This document shows positions 36,168 through 37,529 of a DNA stretch of 37,529 nt, piece by piece. The stretch's first letter is position 1. Each line of letters starts with the position of its first letter. Position numbers and translations under genes: made by a program. Under the pieces are notes generated by a model. It was not told where the DNA came from and did no database searches. It was given only the letters and a program-made list of their open reading frames with translations. Source of the stretch: a virus (lineage: Duplodnaviria; Heunggongvirae; Uroviricota; Caudoviricetes); IMG/VR virus record IMGVR_UViG_2718218168_000003; one strand, written 5' to 3'.

Positions 36168-37529
36168 TCACTTACCGTGGGGATTACGCGTGGTTTCCCC
36201 GGAGAAATTACGCATCAGCAGCGCGTAATTGAGCTCAAGATCCTGCGGGACCGGGAGCCACACAGTATAACCATCGCCTGGTGCTATCGGCATAGCTTCG
36301 CCTTTGGCGTTTTCCATGTGCTCAAGGGTAAAATTAATGTTGCCTTGCGGCGTCATCAGCTCAAGGCTGTCGCCAACGGAGAATTTATTTTTCACCGCTA
36401 CCGCCGCGAGGTCCCCCTTGCGCTCACCGGTAAACTCACCAACAAACTGCTGGCGGTCAGAAACTGAATAACCGTATTCGTAGTTCTGATAATCGTCGTG
36501 AGTATGACGACGCAGGAAACCTTCGGTATAGCCACGATGCGCCAGACCTTCCAGAGTTTCCAGCAGGCTGGTATCGAACGGTTTTCCCGCAGCGGCGTCA
36601 TCGATAGCTTTGCGGTAAACCTGTGCGGTGCGTGCACAATAGTAGAAAGATTTGGTACGACCTTCGATTTTCAGCGAATGCACGCCCATTTTGGTCAGGC
36701 GTTCTACATGGGCGATGGCGCGCAGATCTTTCGAGTTCATGATGTAAGTGCCGTGCTCATCTTCAAACGCGGTCATATACTCGCCCGGACGCTGGGCCTC
36801 TTCGATCATAAACACTTTGTCGGTTGGTGCGCCGATACCCAGCGTCGGCTCAACATTTTGCACCGGAATCGGCTCGTACTTGTGTACGATGTTGCCAACA
36901 TCATCTTCTTTCCCTTCCTGGACGTTGTACTCCCAGCGGCAGGCGTTGGTGCAGGTGCCCTGGTTCGGGTCGCGCTTGTTGATATAGCCAGAGAGCAGGC
37001 AGCGACCGGAGTAGGCCATGCACAGCGCGCCGTGAACGAAGATCTCGATCTCCATATCCGGCACCTGATTGCGGATCTCTTCAATCTCTTCCAGCGACAG
37101 CTCGCGAGAGAGGATCACGCGGGTCAGGCCCATTTGCTGCCAGAATTTCACCGTCGCCCAGTTCACGGCGTTAGCCTGCACCGAAAGGTGGATCGGCATT
37201 TCAGGGAAGTGCTCACGCACCAGCATAATCAGCCCTGGATCGGACATAATCAGCGCATCCGGCCCCATTTCCACCACCGGTTTCAGGTCACGGATAAAGG
37301 TTTTCAGCTTGGCGTTGTGCGGTGCAATGTTGACCACGACATAAAACTTTTTCCCCAGCGCGTGGGCTTCATTGATGCCGAGCTGAAGATTTTCGTGGTT
37401 GAATTCGTTGTTGCGCACACGCAGGGAATAACGCGGCTGGCCCGCATAAACAGCATCTGCGCCATAAGCGAAAGCGTAACGCATATTTTTCAGCGTTCCC
37501 GCCGGGGAAAGGAGTTCCGGTTTAAACAT
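36168..37529 (-). CDS. yegQ: U32-family peptidase YegQ (453 aa, complete; start codon at the window edge)
   Basis: Full ORF; recalled as E. coli YegQ; reverse complement of the last window bases gives ATGTTTAAACCGG (MFKP). Confidence 0.88.
   Translation of the reverse strand: MFKPELLSPAGTLKNMRYAFAYGADAVYAGQPRYSLRVRNNEFNHENLQLGINEAHALGKKFYVVVNIAPHNAKLKTFIRDLKPVVEMGPDALIMSDPGLIMLVREHFPEMPIHLSVQANAVNWATVKFWQQMGLTRVILSRELSLEEIEEIRNQVPDMEIEIFVHGALCMAYSGRCLLSGYINKRDPNQGTCTNACRWEYNVQEGKEDDVGNIVHKYEPIPVQNVEPTLGIGAPTDKVFMIEEAQRPGEYMTAFEDEHGTYIMNSKDLRAIAHVERLTKMGVHSLKIEGRTKSFYYCARTAQVYRKAIDDAAAGKPFDTSLLETLEGLAHRGYTEGFLRRHTHDDYQNYEYGYSVSDRQQFVGEFTGERKGDLAAVAVKNKFSVGDSLELMTPQGNINFTLEHMENAKGEAMPIAPGDGYTVWLPVPQDLELNYALLMRNFSGETTRNPHGK

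Overview
The window is an Escherichia coli-type chromosomal segment (yegS and yegR on the left, yegQ and the sRNA gene cyaR on the right) carrying a complete P2-like prophage of about 34.2 kb. The prophage is bounded by two direct copies of the 27-bp P2 att core (1791..1817 and 35997..36023) and has the canonical P2 order: int, C, cox, B, orf80-83, A, cargo locus 1, cos, Q, P, O, N, M, L, X, Y, K, lysABC, R, S, V, W, J, I, H, G, cargo locus 2, FI, FII, E, T, U, D, ogr. Three things depart from a plain P2 genome. (1) Between A and cos, where P2 carries tin/old, there is one AT-rich 827-aa gene on the opposite strand encoding an SF2 helicase fused to a C-terminal PD-(D/E)xK nuclease motif; I read it as a candidate single-gene anti-phage system. 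(2) Between G and FI, where P2 carries Z/fun, there is an AT-rich 303-aa gene with an N-terminal Mrr-like nuclease motif and a C-terminal Cys/His cluster, a second candidate defence gene. (3) A 2.58-kb IS21-family element (istA/istB) sits inside the tail chaperone gene E, separating the E reading frame from its frameshift site, so the prophage is probably tail-defective. Protein identities rest on recall of P2 and E. coli sequences and on motifs visible in the translations; no database search was run.
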